64,000 nt of DNA from an uncultured Armatimonadetes bacterium (GTDB lineage: Bacteria > Armatimonadota > Hebobacteria > Hebobacterales > Hebobacteraceae), in the NCBI GenBank assembly GCA_963716175.1, contig OY970296.1, positions 3,776,001 to 3,840,000 on the forward strand, written 5' to 3'. The notes below the pieces were generated by a model. That model did no database searches, was not told where the DNA came from, and saw only the letters and a program-made list of their open reading frames with translations. The translations under genes were made by a program, and so were the position numbers. Shown here in pieces: positions 1 to 10,397 of the stretch. Position 1 is the first letter of the stretch, and each line of letters opens with the position of its first letter.

Positions 1-619
1 GGCCAACGTATTCATTCACGATGAAGATGCCGCCGCGCCGCAGCGCCCGCCGCACTTCGCGGAAGACTCGTGAGAGCCGCTGCAAGTGGTGCAGGCCCAT
101 CCATCCCACCGCAACATCATAGGCCCCAGGCCTCAGCCGCACTCGCTCGACATCGCCAACGCGGTAGCTCAACGTGGACAGACCCGCGGCCTCGCTCTCT
201 CTGCGGCAGACCGCGATCGCCTGCGGGGAAATGTCTATCCCCTCGCAGGCCCGGCAGATGCCCCATTTGAGCAACTGCCGCTCCACCACTCCACTGCCAC
301 AGCAGAGGCTCAACCCCATCTCGCGGGGCTGCGGGCAGTAACGCTGCCGCACGTAGTCGTACCAGTCCTGGCCGCCGAAGTAGTGCTGGAACACGTACCC
401 TCGCACCACCTGACCGGAGTTGAGCCACTCGGAGGGTCGGCCCGAGGCCACGGCTGCTTGCTCCGCGAACCGCGCGCCCCACAGTTCCCCCGCCTGCGTC
501 TTCTCGCCCGGCCCCAGGGGCAGGCCAGGTCGCAGGCGCCACCAGCCAGCCCTGAGCGCCCGGTAGGCGACGGCCAGCCCGGGCACTTGCTTCAGTCGGC
601 TGCGAAGGCCGCGCAGCAA
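1..619 (-). CDS. Class I SAM-dependent methyltransferase (3' end runs off the window)
   Basis: Manual translation, not in the ORF track: TTG at 619 after GGGAGA; contains GLSLCCGSG (motif I), GIDIS, GDVE, YDVAV..LHH and LRRGGIFIVNEYVG. Confidence 0.8.
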   Translation of the reverse strand, partial: MLRGLRSRLKQVPGLAVAYRALRAGWWRLRPGLPLGPGEKTQAGELWGARFAEQAAVASGRPSEWLNSGQVVRGYVFQHYFGGQDWYDYVRQRYCPQPREMGLSLCCGSGVVERQLLKWGICRACEGIDISPQAIAVCRRESEAAGLSTLSYRVGDVERVRLRPGAYDVAVGWMGLHHLQRLSRVFREVRRALRRGGIFIVNEYVG

Positions 620-653
620 GCTTTATCTCCCGCCCCGGTTCCGCCGCCACGGG

Positions 654-1433
654 CTAAAGCTCAATCTCGTCCCCATCTCTTGCCACGTGTATGCTACCCC
701 CGAACCCGGCGGCTCTGATCCGCGCAGCAATCCCCTCTTCCACCGGCTCCAGGGTGTGGATGATGTGCGTCACCACCAGGCGAGGCAGGTTTGCGGTGGC
801 GAGCACCTGCCCCAACTCCTCGGGCGGAAAATGCGCCATCTCTACCACCGCTAGCTCGCAGCCATCGGCCGCGGCCGCTTCCTCTGCACTCGCCAGATCA
901 CCGGAGAAGAAGAGGCGCCTGCCGTCAATGGTGATGAGATAGGAGTAAGCGCGCGCTGGCTCGATCCCGGTCGCTCTCGCCTGCTCCAGATGCCCGTCCA
1001 CGTGCCCGTTGACCATCGCCTCCGCCACCACTCCCTCGGCGTCGTACACTTTCCCGCTCTTCAAGGGCCGCAGTTCGAGATCGAAGCCCAGCAGCTCCGG
1101 CAGCAGGTACATCAGGTTGAACAGCTCGCGCACCGGCCCGACCGCCTCTGCCGGCAGACACACCACCAGCGGCCGGGTGCGATGATTGAGCTGGACCCAC
1201 TGAATGAGCATGGGCAGCCCGGCGATGTGATCGGCATGAGTGTGAGTGATGAAGACCGCCCGCAGCGTGTCCGGGGAGAGGCCTCGCCGCGCCAGGTGGG
1301 CCGAGATCGGCTCCCCGCTGTCTACCAGGTACAGCTCCGGGCCGCGCCAGATGCCGACGGCGGTGTTGAGCCGTTTCTCCGTCGCGAACCCCGCGGACGA
1401 ACCGAAGATGGTGAGGTGAATCGGTTCAGGCAT
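654..1433 (-). CDS. MBL-fold metallo-hydrolase, RNase Z-like
   Basis: HTHADH, DSGE, FSGD and THI motifs; ATG at 1433 after AGGAGGA. Confidence 0.85.
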   Translation of the reverse strand: MPEPIHLTIFGSSAGFATEKRLNTAVGIWRGPELYLVDSGEPISAHLARRGLSPDTLRAVFITHTHADHIAGLPMLIQWVQLNHRTRPLVVCLPAEAVGPVRELFNLMYLLPELLGFDLELRPLKSGKVYDAEGVVAEAMVNGHVDGHLEQARATGIEPARAYSYLITIDGRRLFFSGDLASAEEAAAADGCELAVVEMAHFPPEELGQVLATANLPRLVVTHIIHTLEPVEEGIAARIRAAGFGGSIHVARDGDEIEL

Positions 1434-1453
1434 TGCTCCTCCTGGCAATCTCA

Positions 1454-1504
1454 GTAGGGCAGGTCCGCGACCTGCCCCGGCGGGCATGGGAATGCCCGCC
1501 CTAC
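1454..1504. repeat. GTAG-type REP doublet
   Basis: GTAGGGCAGGTCCGCGACCTGCCC followed by GGCGGGCATGGGAATGCCCGCCCTAC; two hairpins bounded by GTAG and CTAC. Confidence 0.75.
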
Positions 1505-1517
1505 ACCACCGGCCCGG

Positions 1518-1581
1518 TCATCGCGACATACTCGTGGATCGGCAGGGAGGTGAAGTGACCTCCGCCCCGCCGGCTGGACAG
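1518..1581 (-). repeat. Diverged duplicate of the carB 3' end (copy of 1644-1707)
   Basis: 64-bp ungapped direct repeat with 5 substitutions; translates [21 protein letters not shown]. Confidence 0.9.
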
Positions 1582-1585
1582 GTTC

Positions 1586-1642
1586 GTAAGGCAGGAGCGT
1601 GTCTCCTGCCCAATCGGCATGCAGGCTGGGAGCCTGCGCTAC
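1586..1642. repeat. REP-like hairpin pair at the carB stop codon
   Basis: GGCAGGAG..CTCCTGCC and GCAGGCT..AGCCTGCGCTAC; the GTAG on the minus strand contains the carB TAG. Confidence 0.7.
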
Positions 1643-4600
1643 TTCATCGCCACGTACTCGTGGATCGGCAGGGAGGTGAAATCACCTCCGCCCCTCCGGC
1701 TGGACAGGGCGAACAGCAGCGCCCGCGCCGTATCCAGCGAGGTCAGGCAAGGGATGGCGTGCTCGACCGAGGCGCGGCGGATGCGCGCTCCCTCTCGCTC
1801 CGGATTGCGGTCCGGCGAGAGCGTGTTGAGCACCAGGTGGATCTCGCCCGACCGCACCAAGTCGGTGATGTTGGGCGTGCCCTCGTGAATCTTCTTCACC
1901 GGTGTGCTGTCCACCCCGATCTTCTTCAGGTAGGCCTGCGTTCCCGCGGTGGCGTAGATGCGGAAGCCCAGCGTCGGCGAACTCCCGGATCAGCTCCCCC
2001 GCCTCCTCTTTGTCGCGGTCGGCAATGGTGGCGATCAGCGACCCCTTGCTCGGCACCTCCACCCCGGCGGCCACCATCGCCTTGAAAAGCGCGGTGGGAT
2101 AGTCGAGGTCAATGCCCATGATCTCGCCGGTGGACTTCATCTCCGGGCCCAGGTTGATGTCCACCTCGGTGAGCTTGGCGAAGGAGAACACCGGCGCCTT
2201 CACCGCGTAGTAGGGCCGCGGCGGGTAGAGGCCTGGCTGGTAGCCCAGCTCGCGCGAGCTTGCGCCCCAGCATGCACTTGGTCGCCACATTCACCATCGG
2301 GATGCCGGTGATCTTAGACAGATAGGGCACGGTGCGGCTCGCCCGCGGGTTCACCTCCAGCACGAACAACCTGCCTTCGCCGTCCAGCACGAACTGGATG
2401 TTCATCAGCCCCTTGATCTGGAGCGCCCGCGCCAGCCGGCAGGCGTAGTCCACCACGCTGCTCCTGCACCTCCTGGCTCAGGGTCACCGGAGGGCAGACC
2501 GCCATCGAGTCGCCCGAGTGCACGCCGGCGCGCTCGATGTGCTCCATGATGCCGGGGATGAGGCAGTCCTCGCCATCGCAGATCAGGTCCACCTCCAGCT
2601 CTTTGCCCACCACGTACTTGTCCACCAGGATGGGGTGCCGCGGCGAGACATCGGTGGCCAGGTGCATGTAAGACAGCAGCTCTTCCTCCGAGTAGACGAT
2701 CTCCATCGCCCGCCCGCCCAGCACGTAGGAGGGGCGCACCAGCACGGGATAGCCGATCTCGCCCGCCACCTGCGCGGCCTCCGCCACCGAGGTGACACCG
2801 CGGCCCGGCCGGCTTGGGGATATCCAGCTCCCGCAGCAGGCGCTCGAAGCGATCGCGGTCCTCGGCGAGGTCAATGCCCTCGAAATCCGTACCCAGCAGA
2901 GGCACCTCGTTGGCGTGGAACACGCCGGCCAGGTTGATCGCGGTCTGCCCGCCGAACTGCACCACCACCCCGACAGGCTGCTCCCGGGCGATGATGTGGA
3001 GCACGTCCTCCTCCGTGAGCGGCTCGAAGTAGAGCTTGTCCGAGGTGTCGAAGTCGGTGGACACCGTCTCCGGGTTGTTGTTGATGATGATGGACTGGTA
3101 GCCCTCTTCCCGCAGCGCCCACACCGCGTGCACGGTGCAGTAATCGAACTCGATCCCCTGCCCGATGCGGATGGGCCCGGCGCCGATCACGATCACTCGC
3201 GGCTGCTCCGCCCGCTGCACCTCGTCCTCGCTCTCGTAGGTGGAGTAGTAGTAGGGCGTCATCGCCTCGAACTCGGCCGCGCAGGTGTCAACCATCTTGT
3301 AGGGAGGCACCAGGCGCAGGGCGTGACGGCGCTGCCGCAGCTCCGCCTCCGGCACTCCCACCAGGGCCGCCACCTCGTGGTCGGAGAAGCCGGAGCGCTT
3401 GGCCCGCGTCAGCAACTCGTCGCTCAACCCCTGCTCCGCCCGCCTCCCTGATCTCGGTCTCCAGCTCGACCAGGTTCCTGATCTTGTGCAGGAACCAGGG
3501 GTCAATGCGCGAGAGCTCCGCCACCTCCTCTACCATCATGCCGCGGCGGAAGGCCTCGGCCACCGCGAACAGCCGCTCGTCGGTGGCATGGCGGAGGCAC
3601 TCCTCGATCTCCATCCCGCCCCACTGCGCCACGTTCTTCCAGCGCAGCCCGTAGGCGTCGATCTCCAGGGATCGAATCCCCTTCATGAGCGCCGCCTCGA
3701 AGGTGCGATCAATCGCCATGACCTCGCCGGTGGCCTTCATCTGCGTGCCCACGGTGCGGTCGGCCAGCGCGAACTTGTCGAAGGGCCAGCGCGGGATCTT
3801 CACCACGATGTAGTCAATGGTGGGCTCGAAGCAGGCCAGCGTCTTCTGCGTCACCGCGTTCGGAATCTCGTCCAGCCGCAGCCCCACCGCGATCTTCGCC
3901 GCCACCCGCGCGATGGGATAGCCGGTGGCCTTGGAGGCCAGCGCGCTCGACCGGCTCACCCGGGGGTTGACCTCGATCACGTAATACTCGTAGCTCTTCG
4001 GGTTCAGCGCGAACTGGATATTGCAGCCTCCCTCGATCCCCAGCGCCCGGATGATCTTGAGGGAGGCGGTGCGCAGCATCTGGTACTCCTGATCCCCGAG
4101 CGTCTGCGCCGGCGCCACCACGATCGAATCCCCGGTGTGCACCCCCATCGGGTCCAGGTTCTCCATGCTGCACACGGTGATGCAGGTGTCGGCCGCGTCC
4201 CGCATCACCTCGTACTCGATCTCCTTCCAGCCGATCACGCAGCGCTCCAGCAGCACCTGGTGGATCATGCTCATGCGCAGGCCGCGGGAGCAGATATCGC
4301 GCAGCTCCTCGTCGCTCCAGGCGATGCCGCCGCCGGTGCCACCCAGCGTGTAGGCGGGCCGGATGATGACGGGGAACCCGATGGTGCGAGTGAAGACTAC
4401 CGCCTCCTCGATCGTGTTCACGATCGCGCTGTCCGGCACCGGCTCCCCGATCTCCCGCATCGTCTCCCGGAAGCGCTCCCGGTCCTCGGCGCGCTCGATC
4501 GCTTCCAGCGATGTCCCTAGCAGATCCACCCCGAAGCGGTCCAGCACCCCGGCCTGCGCGAGCTGAGTAGCGAGGTTGAGGCCGGTCTGCCCGCCCAGGG

Positions 4601-4865
4601 TGCCGATCAGGCCCTGCGGCCTTTCCTGCTCGATGATGCGGGCCGCGAACTCCAAGGTCAGCGGCTCCACGTAGATGCGGTCCGCCATATTGGTATCGGT
4701 CATGATGGTGGCGGGGTTGGAGTTGATCAGCACGATCTCGATCTTCTCCTCCCGCAGCGCCTTGCAGGCCTGCGTGCCGGCGTAATCGAACTCCGCCGCC
4801 TGACCGATCACAATCGGCCCGGAGCCGATCACCATCACCTTCTTCAGATCAGTGCGTCTCGGCAT
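1639..4865 (-). CDS. carB: Carbamoyl-phosphate synthase large subunit (about 5 frameshifts, probably sequencing indels)
   Basis: Contiguous CarB sequence spread over six ORFs: [59 protein letters not shown] and the MGS domain; breaks near 3445, 2805, 2457, 2258 and 1970. Confidence 0.95.
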
Positions 4866-4883
4866 CTGGGTAGTGTCTTTCAA

Positions 4884-4912
4884 CCTGCGCGAATCTGCGT
4901 AATCTGCGGATG
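4884..4912. repeat. Solo CGCAGAT tandem-unit repeat (GxxExxY-end family)
   Basis: ATCTGCGTAATCTGCGGA between carA and carB; same core at 55074-55099 and similar at 51451-51474. Confidence 0.65.
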
Positions 4913-4914
4913 AA

Positions 4915-6060
4915 TCACCACACCTCCGGCCTTATCTCCTCCCACCGCTCCGGCTCCCTGATCCGCCGCACGAACTGCTTGAACATCCCCTTGCTGTCCA
5001 GGGGCCCAGGGCTGGCCTCGCAGTGATACTGGATGGAGAAGGCGCGGAGGTCGGGACATTCCAGCCCCTCGACGGTGCCGTCGTTGAGGTTGATCTGGGA
5101 GACGGTGGCCGGCGATCCGGTCAGGCTCTCCGGGTCCACCGCATACCCATGATTCTGGGAGGTAATCCGCACCCGGCCCACGGTCAGGTCGCGCACCGGG
5201 TGGTTGCCCCCGCGGTGGCCGAACTTCAGTTTGAAGGTCTTACCACCGAGGGCATAGCCGAGCATCTGGTTGCCCAGGCAGATGCCGAAGACGGGCACCT
5301 TGCCGAGCAGATTCCGCACGGTCTCCACCGCATAGCCCAGCCGCGCCGGGTCGCCCGGCCCCGGCGACAGCAGCACGCCATCGGGCCGGCGGGCCAGCAC
5401 CTCCCTGGCGGTGGCCGTGCACGGCATGACGATGGGTCGGCACCCCAGCTCGTAGAGATTGCGCAGGATGCTGGCCCGGATGCCGTAGTCCATCACCGCG
5501 ATCCGCAGTCGCTCCTCGAAGTCAATGCAGACCTGCTCCCGGCCTTTTCTCAGGCCCGGCTGCCACTCATAGGGGGCCGCGGTGCTCACCTGCTGCACCA
5601 GGTCCATGTCGCCATAGCCGGGGTTGGCCCTGATCCGCTGCTGCGCCTCTTCGGGAGTCTCGTCCGTGGAGATCGCCCCCATCATCACCCCCGCGTTTCG
5701 GAGCCGCCGCGTCAGCGCCCGCGTGTCCACCCCTTTGATGCCGACTACCCCATGGCGCTTGAGGAACGGCCCGAGGGACTCCGATGATCGGAAGTTGCTC
5801 GGCACCTGGCACAGCTCTTTCACCACCAGCCCGGCGATCTGGCAGCGCGGCGACTCGTAGTCCTCATCATTGGTGCCGTAGTTTCCGATCAGCGGGTAGG
5901 TGAGGGTGAGGATCTGCCCCCGGAACGAAGGATCGGTGAAGGCCTGCTGATACCCCACCATGGCGGTGTCGAACACCACCTCGCCCAGCGCCCGGCCGGG
6001 CTGGCCGATGCTCTCGCCCTCGAAGACCGCGCCGTCTTCCAGCACCAGGACTGCCCTCAA
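4915..6060 (-). CDS. carA: Carbamoyl-phosphate synthase small subunit
   Basis: [38 protein letters not shown] and SQNHGY motifs. Confidence 0.97.
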   Translation of the reverse strand: MRAVLVLEDGAVFEGESIGQPGRALGEVVFDTAMVGYQQAFTDPSFRGQILTLTYPLIGNYGTNDEDYESPRCQIAGLVVKELCQVPSNFRSSESLGPFLKRHGVVGIKGVDTRALTRRLRNAGVMMGAISTDETPEEAQQRIRANPGYGDMDLVQQVSTAAPYEWQPGLRKGREQVCIDFEERLRIAVMDYGIRASILRNLYELGCRPIVMPCTATAREVLARRPDGVLLSPGPGDPARLGYAVETVRNLLGKVPVFGICLGNQMLGYALGGKTFKLKFGHRGGNHPVRDLTVGRVRITSQNHGYAVDPESLTGSPATVSQINLNDGTVEGLECPDLRAFSIQYHCEASPGPLDSKGMFKQFVRRIREPERWEEIRPEVW

Positions 6061-7295
6061 CGCGCTTCTCCTCCGCCCGCGGCGGGCATAGGCATGCCCG
6101 CCCTACAGCACATCACGACCTTGCCCGCCACAATCGTCGCCGCTGCCCTCCCCCGCAGCCGCCTGCCGGCGAACGGGCAGTTTCTCGCCAGGGACTGGAA
6201 TCGCTCCGGCTCCACCACCCACTCCGCCTGGGGATCGAGCAAGGTCACATCGGCGCGCGCGCCCACTCGAAGCGAAGGTGCCTCCAGGTTCAGCACTGCC
6301 GCCGGCCCCACCGTCATCGCCCGCACCGCGGTTGCCACCTCGAGCAGGTTGCCGTGAATCAGGTCCGTCCAGATCACGCCGATGGTGGTCTCCAGCCCGA
6401 TCACCCCGGCCGGCGTCTGCTCGTGTGCCACCTGCCTCTCGGCCGGAGTGTGAGGCGCATGATCAGACGCGATCACGGAGATCACGCCCTGGCGCAGTCC
6501 CGCGCGCAGGGCCGCGCGGTCTCGCGCCGAGCGCAGCGGCGGATTCATCTTGAAGGTCGGATCGTCCGTCGGCGCCTCCTCAGCGCACAGTGACAGATGA
6601 TGAGGGGTGGCCTCGCCGCTCACCCGCAGCCCCCGCGCCTGCGCCCGCGCGATCAGCTCCACCTCTTCGCATAGGCTGACGTGCGAGAAGTGCACCGGAT
6701 AGCCCATCTCCGCTGCCAGCGCGATGTCCCGCGCCATCATCTCCGGCCCGTCAACATGGAGCGTCAGGGGAATCGCCGCCGCCTTTGCCGCCGCCATCGC
6801 GCGGCGCATCACGGCACCGTCCGCCACCGCAAGGCCATCATCGCTCGCCGCTGCCGCGCCTGCCATGTGCAGGGCCGCCAGGTCCGTTACCTCCCGCCCC
6901 TGCTGTCCCATGGTGATGGCGCACTTGGGCAGCACGCGCACCGCTGCCCGGCGCCCTGCGATCTCCACCACCTCGGCGATCCGCTCGGCGGTGTCGCGGG
7001 GCGGCGAGGTATTCGGCTCGCAGACCACGGCGGTGAACCCTCCCGCCGCGGCGGCACGGGTTCCGCTGGCGATGGTCTCCTTCTGCTCCTGGCCCGGCTC
7101 CCGCAGATGCACGTGCATGTCCATCAGCCCGGGAAGCACCAGCAGCCCGCCGGCCTCGATGGCCTCCACCTCCCCACCGGCATCCACGTTGCCGACCGCG
7201 ACGATGTGCCCGCCCGCGATCAGCACATCGCCCACCCCATCCAGGCCCGAGCCGGGATCGAAGAGCTTCCCGCCCCTGATCAGCAGGCCGCTCAT
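6057..7295 (-). CDS. pyrC: Dihydroorotase (type I)
   Basis: DMHVHLREPG, GGFTAV, KMNPPLR and ASDHAPH; ATG at 7295 overlaps the pyrB stop. Confidence 0.93.
   Translation of the reverse strand: MSGLLIRGGKLFDPGSGLDGVGDVLIAGGHIVAVGNVDAGGEVEAIEAGGLLVLPGLMDMHVHLREPGQEQKETIASGTRAAAAGGFTAVVCEPNTSPPRDTAERIAEVVEIAGRRAAVRVLPKCAITMGQQGREVTDLAALHMAGAAAASDDGLAVADGAVMRRAMAAAKAAAIPLTLHVDGPEMMARDIALAAEMGYPVHFSHVSLCEEVELIARAQARGLRVSGEATPHHLSLCAEEAPTDDPTFKMNPPLRSARDRAALRAGLRQGVISVIASDHAPHTPAERQVAHEQTPAGVIGLETTIGVIWTDLIHGNLLEVATAVRAMTVGPAAVLNLEAPSLRVGARADVTLLDPQAEWVVEPERFQSLARNCPFAGRRLRGRAAATIVAGKVVMCCRAGMPMPAAGGGEAR
6081..6106. repeat. GTAG-type REP inside the pyrC 3' coding end
   Basis: GGCGGGCATAGGCATGCCCGCCCTAC, nearly identical to the REP at 1479-1504. 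Confidence 0.7.
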
Positions 7296-8500
7296 CTCGC
7301 GCCCTCCGATGGCGCGCCCATTTCGTGCTCGCAATAGGCGCACGCCACCAGGTTCGGCGCATACTCCACCAGGTTGAACTGCGGCGCGAGGTAGCTCTCG
7401 TGGTTGGTGACGCAGTCCGGGTTCGCGCAGCGAAGGTCGGCGAACTTGCGGAAATCCACCTCCCGGCGCGGCTCGGGCCGGTACTCCCCCTTGTGCGCCC
7501 GTCCCACCTTCGCCGGACGGCGGCCCAGCAGCGCCGCCACCAGCGCCATCCTCACCGGCACCCCGTAGGCGGCCTGCCGGAAGTAGACCGCTCGCGGGTC
7601 CCGGTCCACAGCGTAGGCCAGCTCATCCACCCGCGGCAGAGGATGCATCACCAGCGCGTCCGGCCGCGCCCGCGCGATCATCTCCTCGGTGATGGCATAT
7701 GAGCTCTTGGCCGCCTGGTAGGCCTGGTCCGACGCGAACCGCTCCTTCTGCACCCGGGTAACATAGACCGCGTCGAACAGCGACAGCACCTCGGAAGCGA
7801 GCACCCGCTGCCGGCCGGGCCGACGCTTCACCAGCTCGGCATTGGTCACGATCTCGGCCAGGCTGTGGTGCTGGTTCGGCCGGCAGTTGAACTCCTTATC
7901 GAGCCGCGCCAGCAGGTGGGCCGGCATCTCCAGACCCGAAGGCGAGACGCAGGTCACCTTGGCCCCGAAGCGCGCCAGCCCGAAGGCCAGCGAATGCACG
8001 GTTCGGCCATGCCGCAGGTCGCCCACCAGGGCCACGCTCACATCGCGCAGCTTGCCCTTCTCCCGCCGGATGGTATAGAGGTCCAGCAAGGTCTGGGTAG
8101 GATGCTCGTGCGGCCCGTCGCCGGCATTGACCACCGGGACCGAGGCATAGTCGGCCGCCACCCGAGCGCTTCCTTCCCAGGGGTTGCGGATCACGATCAG
8201 GTCGGCATAGGATTCGATGATGCGCACGGTGTCAGCGATGGTCTCGCCCTTGGCCACGGAGGTGGCGCTGGCATCCGCCACACTGATCACATCTCCCCCC
8301 AGCCGCAGCATGGCGGCCTCGAAGGAAAGCCGCGTCCGCGTGCTCGGCTCGTAGAAGAGCGTGGACATGACCAGCCCGTCGGCCAGATGCAGCCGGGTCC
8401 GGGTGTGCTGCGACATCTCGTCCGCGAGATCGAAGAGGGCCTCGATCTCGCGGTCGCTGAGGTCGAAGATGGAGATGAGGTCGCGTCCTTCCAGGGCCAC
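7292..8500 (-). CDS. pyrB: Aspartate carbamoyltransferase catalytic chain with a C-terminal PyrI-like zinc domain
   Basis: FYEPSTRTRLSF, HPTQTLLD and HPLPR; C-terminus LRCANPDCVTNHE..VACAYCEHE. Confidence 0.95.
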   Translation of the reverse strand: MALEGRDLISIFDLSDREIEALFDLADEMSQHTRTRLHLADGLVMSTLFYEPSTRTRLSFEAAMLRLGGDVISVADASATSVAKGETIADTVRIIESYADLIVIRNPWEGSARVAADYASVPVVNAGDGPHEHPTQTLLDLYTIRREKGKLRDVSVALVGDLRHGRTVHSLAFGLARFGAKVTCVSPSGLEMPAHLLARLDKEFNCRPNQHHSLAEIVTNAELVKRRPGRQRVLASEVLSLFDAVYVTRVQKERFASDQAYQAAKSSYAITEEMIARARPDALVMHPLPRVDELAYAVDRDPRAVYFRQAAYGVPVRMALVAALLGRRPAKVGRAHKGEYRPEPRREVDFRKFADLRCANPDCVTNHESYLAPQFNLVEYAPNLVACAYCEHEMGAPSEGAR

Positions 8501-8501
8501 G

Positions 8502-9104
8502 TCAGCTCTCCTCCGGCAGGCGTTCGATCACCACTGCCTCCTCGCCATCGGTGTCACAGAGAAGGACTCTCACCCGTTCCCGGCGGGAGGTGGGGACGTT
8601 CTTGCCCACGTAATCGGCCCGGATCGGCAGCTCGCGGTGGCCCCGGTCCACCAGCACCGCCAACTGCACCTGGGCCGGCCGGCCATGCTCGATCAGCGCA
8701 TCCAGCGCGGCCCGGACGGTGCGGCCGGTGTACAGCACTTCGTCCACCAGCACCACCTTCCGGTCGGCCACCGGGAAGTCAATGCGAGTGCGAGCCGCAG
8801 GGCGGGCAGGTCTGTGCAGGCCCGCCTCGGCCTGTCGCGGGCGATCGTCCCTGTGATCGGCAATGTCAACCTCGCCCACCGGCACCGGGTGGCCCTCGAT
8901 CTCCTGGATCAGGCGGGCGAGCCGATAGGCGAGAGGCACGCCCCGAGTGTGCACCCCGATCAGCGCCAGGTCGGCCGCTCCCCGGTTGCGCTCGATGATC
9001 TCGTGGGCGATGCGGGTGAGGGCGCGGCGGATGTCGGCCTGGTCCATGATCCGGGCCGGGTGCAGTCTGCCGCATGCAGCTTCAGCGGAGGCGGGGTTCT
9101 CCAC
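8502..9104 (-). CDS. pyrR: Bifunctional pyr operon attenuation protein / uracil phosphoribosyltransferase (start 9104 GTG or 9047 ATG)
   Basis: [20 protein letters not shown] and [17 protein letters not shown]. Confidence 0.95.
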   Translation of the reverse strand: MENPASAEAACGRLHPARIMDQADIRRALTRIAHEIIERNRGAADLALIGVHTRGVPLAYRLARLIQEIEGHPVPVGEVDIADHRDDRPRQAEAGLHRPARPAARTRIDFPVADRKVVLVDEVLYTGRTVRAALDALIEHGRPAQVQLAVLVDRGHRELPIRADYVGKNVPTSRRERVRVLLCDTDGEEAVVIERLPEES

Positions 9105-9140
9105 GCGGGCCTGCCCCCCGGCCGTGTGGTGCGCCCGGCC

Positions 9141-9176
9141 AGAAGAATCGCCTCCCCCCGGTTTGGGGGCAGGCGA
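9141..9176 (-). terminator. Probable attenuator terminator of the pyrR leader
   Basis: Minus strand TCGCCTGCCCCC-AAACC-GGGGGGAGGCGA-TTCTTCT, downstream of the PyrR site. Confidence 0.55.
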
Positions 9177-9204
9177 CGGCCGCCGATTCTCGTTGCTTGG
9201 GCTC

Positions 9205-9240
9205 ACCTTTCTCAGCCTCACTGGACTGCACTTAAAAGGT
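9205..9240 (-). promoter_or_regulatory. PyrR-binding RNA hairpin
   Basis: Minus strand CCTTTTAAGTGCAGTCCAGTGAGGCTGAGAAAGG matches the UUUAA..AGUCCNGNGAGGCU consensus. Confidence 0.9.
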
Positions 9241-9356
9241 CCCGCTACTGCTCAGCCGGATTGTCGGAAAGAGGATACCAGAACGCGACCGACGCGTCAA
9301 GCGGAATCACGAAGGATTGCACTTCGTGGGGCAAACCGCGGACCTGTCGCAGTTGC

Positions 9357-10355
9357 CTACAGGCCCTGCCCCCGCAGCCACTCCAGCGTCTTCCGCACCC
9401 CGCGCGTGTTCAGCGCTTCCTCTGGAAAGTCCTCCATTTGCGTGAAGTACGCCAGATACCCCAGCTCCAGCGTCAGCCGGTGCAGGTGCAGCCGCTCCTG
9501 GAACCGATCGGCAAACATGGTCTTATCCGAGTACCCTTCAGCCATCTGGCCAATGCCGGTCTCACCCTCATGCGACATAATCGCGAAGTCGTGCACTGGA
9601 TGTCCGCCCTGGAAGTCGCCGAAGTCAATCACCGCGGTGACCCTCAGGGCTTCATCCACAAGGATGTGCTCTGACAGATAGTCACCGTGGCACAGAGCCG
9701 GCTGAGGGCAGTCGAACTGGTCCCGGTACACCTCGATCAGCCGCATCATCTCCGCAAACTCACTGCCCGTGAACCCAGCCTGGAGAAGCAGCTCCTTCTC
9801 GCTTCCGCGGTCGTGCCGCACAGATGCCATCACCGCCCGCCAATCCGGGAAGTCCCATTGCCCGTCTCGACTGCGCTGGCAGAAGCCGCCCACTGCCACG
9901 GTGTGCAGCTTCGCCAGCTCTGCCCCCGCGTTTCGCCACACGGTCGCACGCGCCTCCTCACTCAACTCCGGCAATACCTCCGTCAGCGATCGGCCCACTG
10001 CTGCGCGCTGGACCATGAATTCCAGCCGTTCACCCCCGTGCTCCTCCGTTCCCACCAGCAGCACCTCAGGCGCCCGCACTCCCGCCCCCCGTGCTTGCGC
10101 GACGGCCCATGCCTCAGAGGCCACATCGCTCCCGCCCTCTCGCCTGATCTTGACGAAGAACTCATCGGCCCCCGTGTCCACCAGATAGGCCTCGTTCATC
10201 CCTCGCACCAGCTTCCGCCGCCTCTCCAGCGTCTGCCCCGTGGCGCGCCGCACCATCGCACACAACACTGCCTCCGGTGTGTTGAACTGCGCATGCCGCT
10301 GCTCAACGTAGTCCTGGTAGGCGTCGTCTAACTGCTCTTTGTACACGTCAGCCAT
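9357..10355 (-). CDS. Aminoglycoside phosphotransferase / choline kinase family protein
   Basis: FFVK, LCHGDY..HI and VIDFGD kinase-like motifs. Confidence 0.85.
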   Translation of the reverse strand: MADVYKEQLDDAYQDYVEQRHAQFNTPEAVLCAMVRRATGQTLERRRKLVRGMNEAYLVDTGADEFFVKIRREGGSDVASEAWAVAQARGAGVRAPEVLLVGTEEHGGERLEFMVQRAAVGRSLTEVLPELSEEARATVWRNAGAELAKLHTVAVGGFCQRSRDGQWDFPDWRAVMASVRHDRGSEKELLLQAGFTGSEFAEMMRLIEVYRDQFDCPQPALCHGDYLSEHILVDEALRVTAVIDFGDFQGGHPVHDFAIMSHEGETGIGQMAEGYSDKTMFADRFQERLHLHRLTLELGYLAYFTQMEDFPEEALNTRGVRKTLEWLRGQGL

Positions 10356-10397
10356 GGCGCTGCTCCCATCAGAGCACCTTCGCCTCTGCCGCTGCGC

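Noticed and set aside
70-718. ORF-track entries 70..270, 86..718 and 117..650
   Set aside because: These are shadow frames; the credible gene is a methyltransferase in another minus frame that runs off the window edge.
1639-4865. Programmed frameshifting or a naturally split carB
   Set aside because: Breaks fall mid-domain with no slippery sites, and similar indels occur in unrelated genes.
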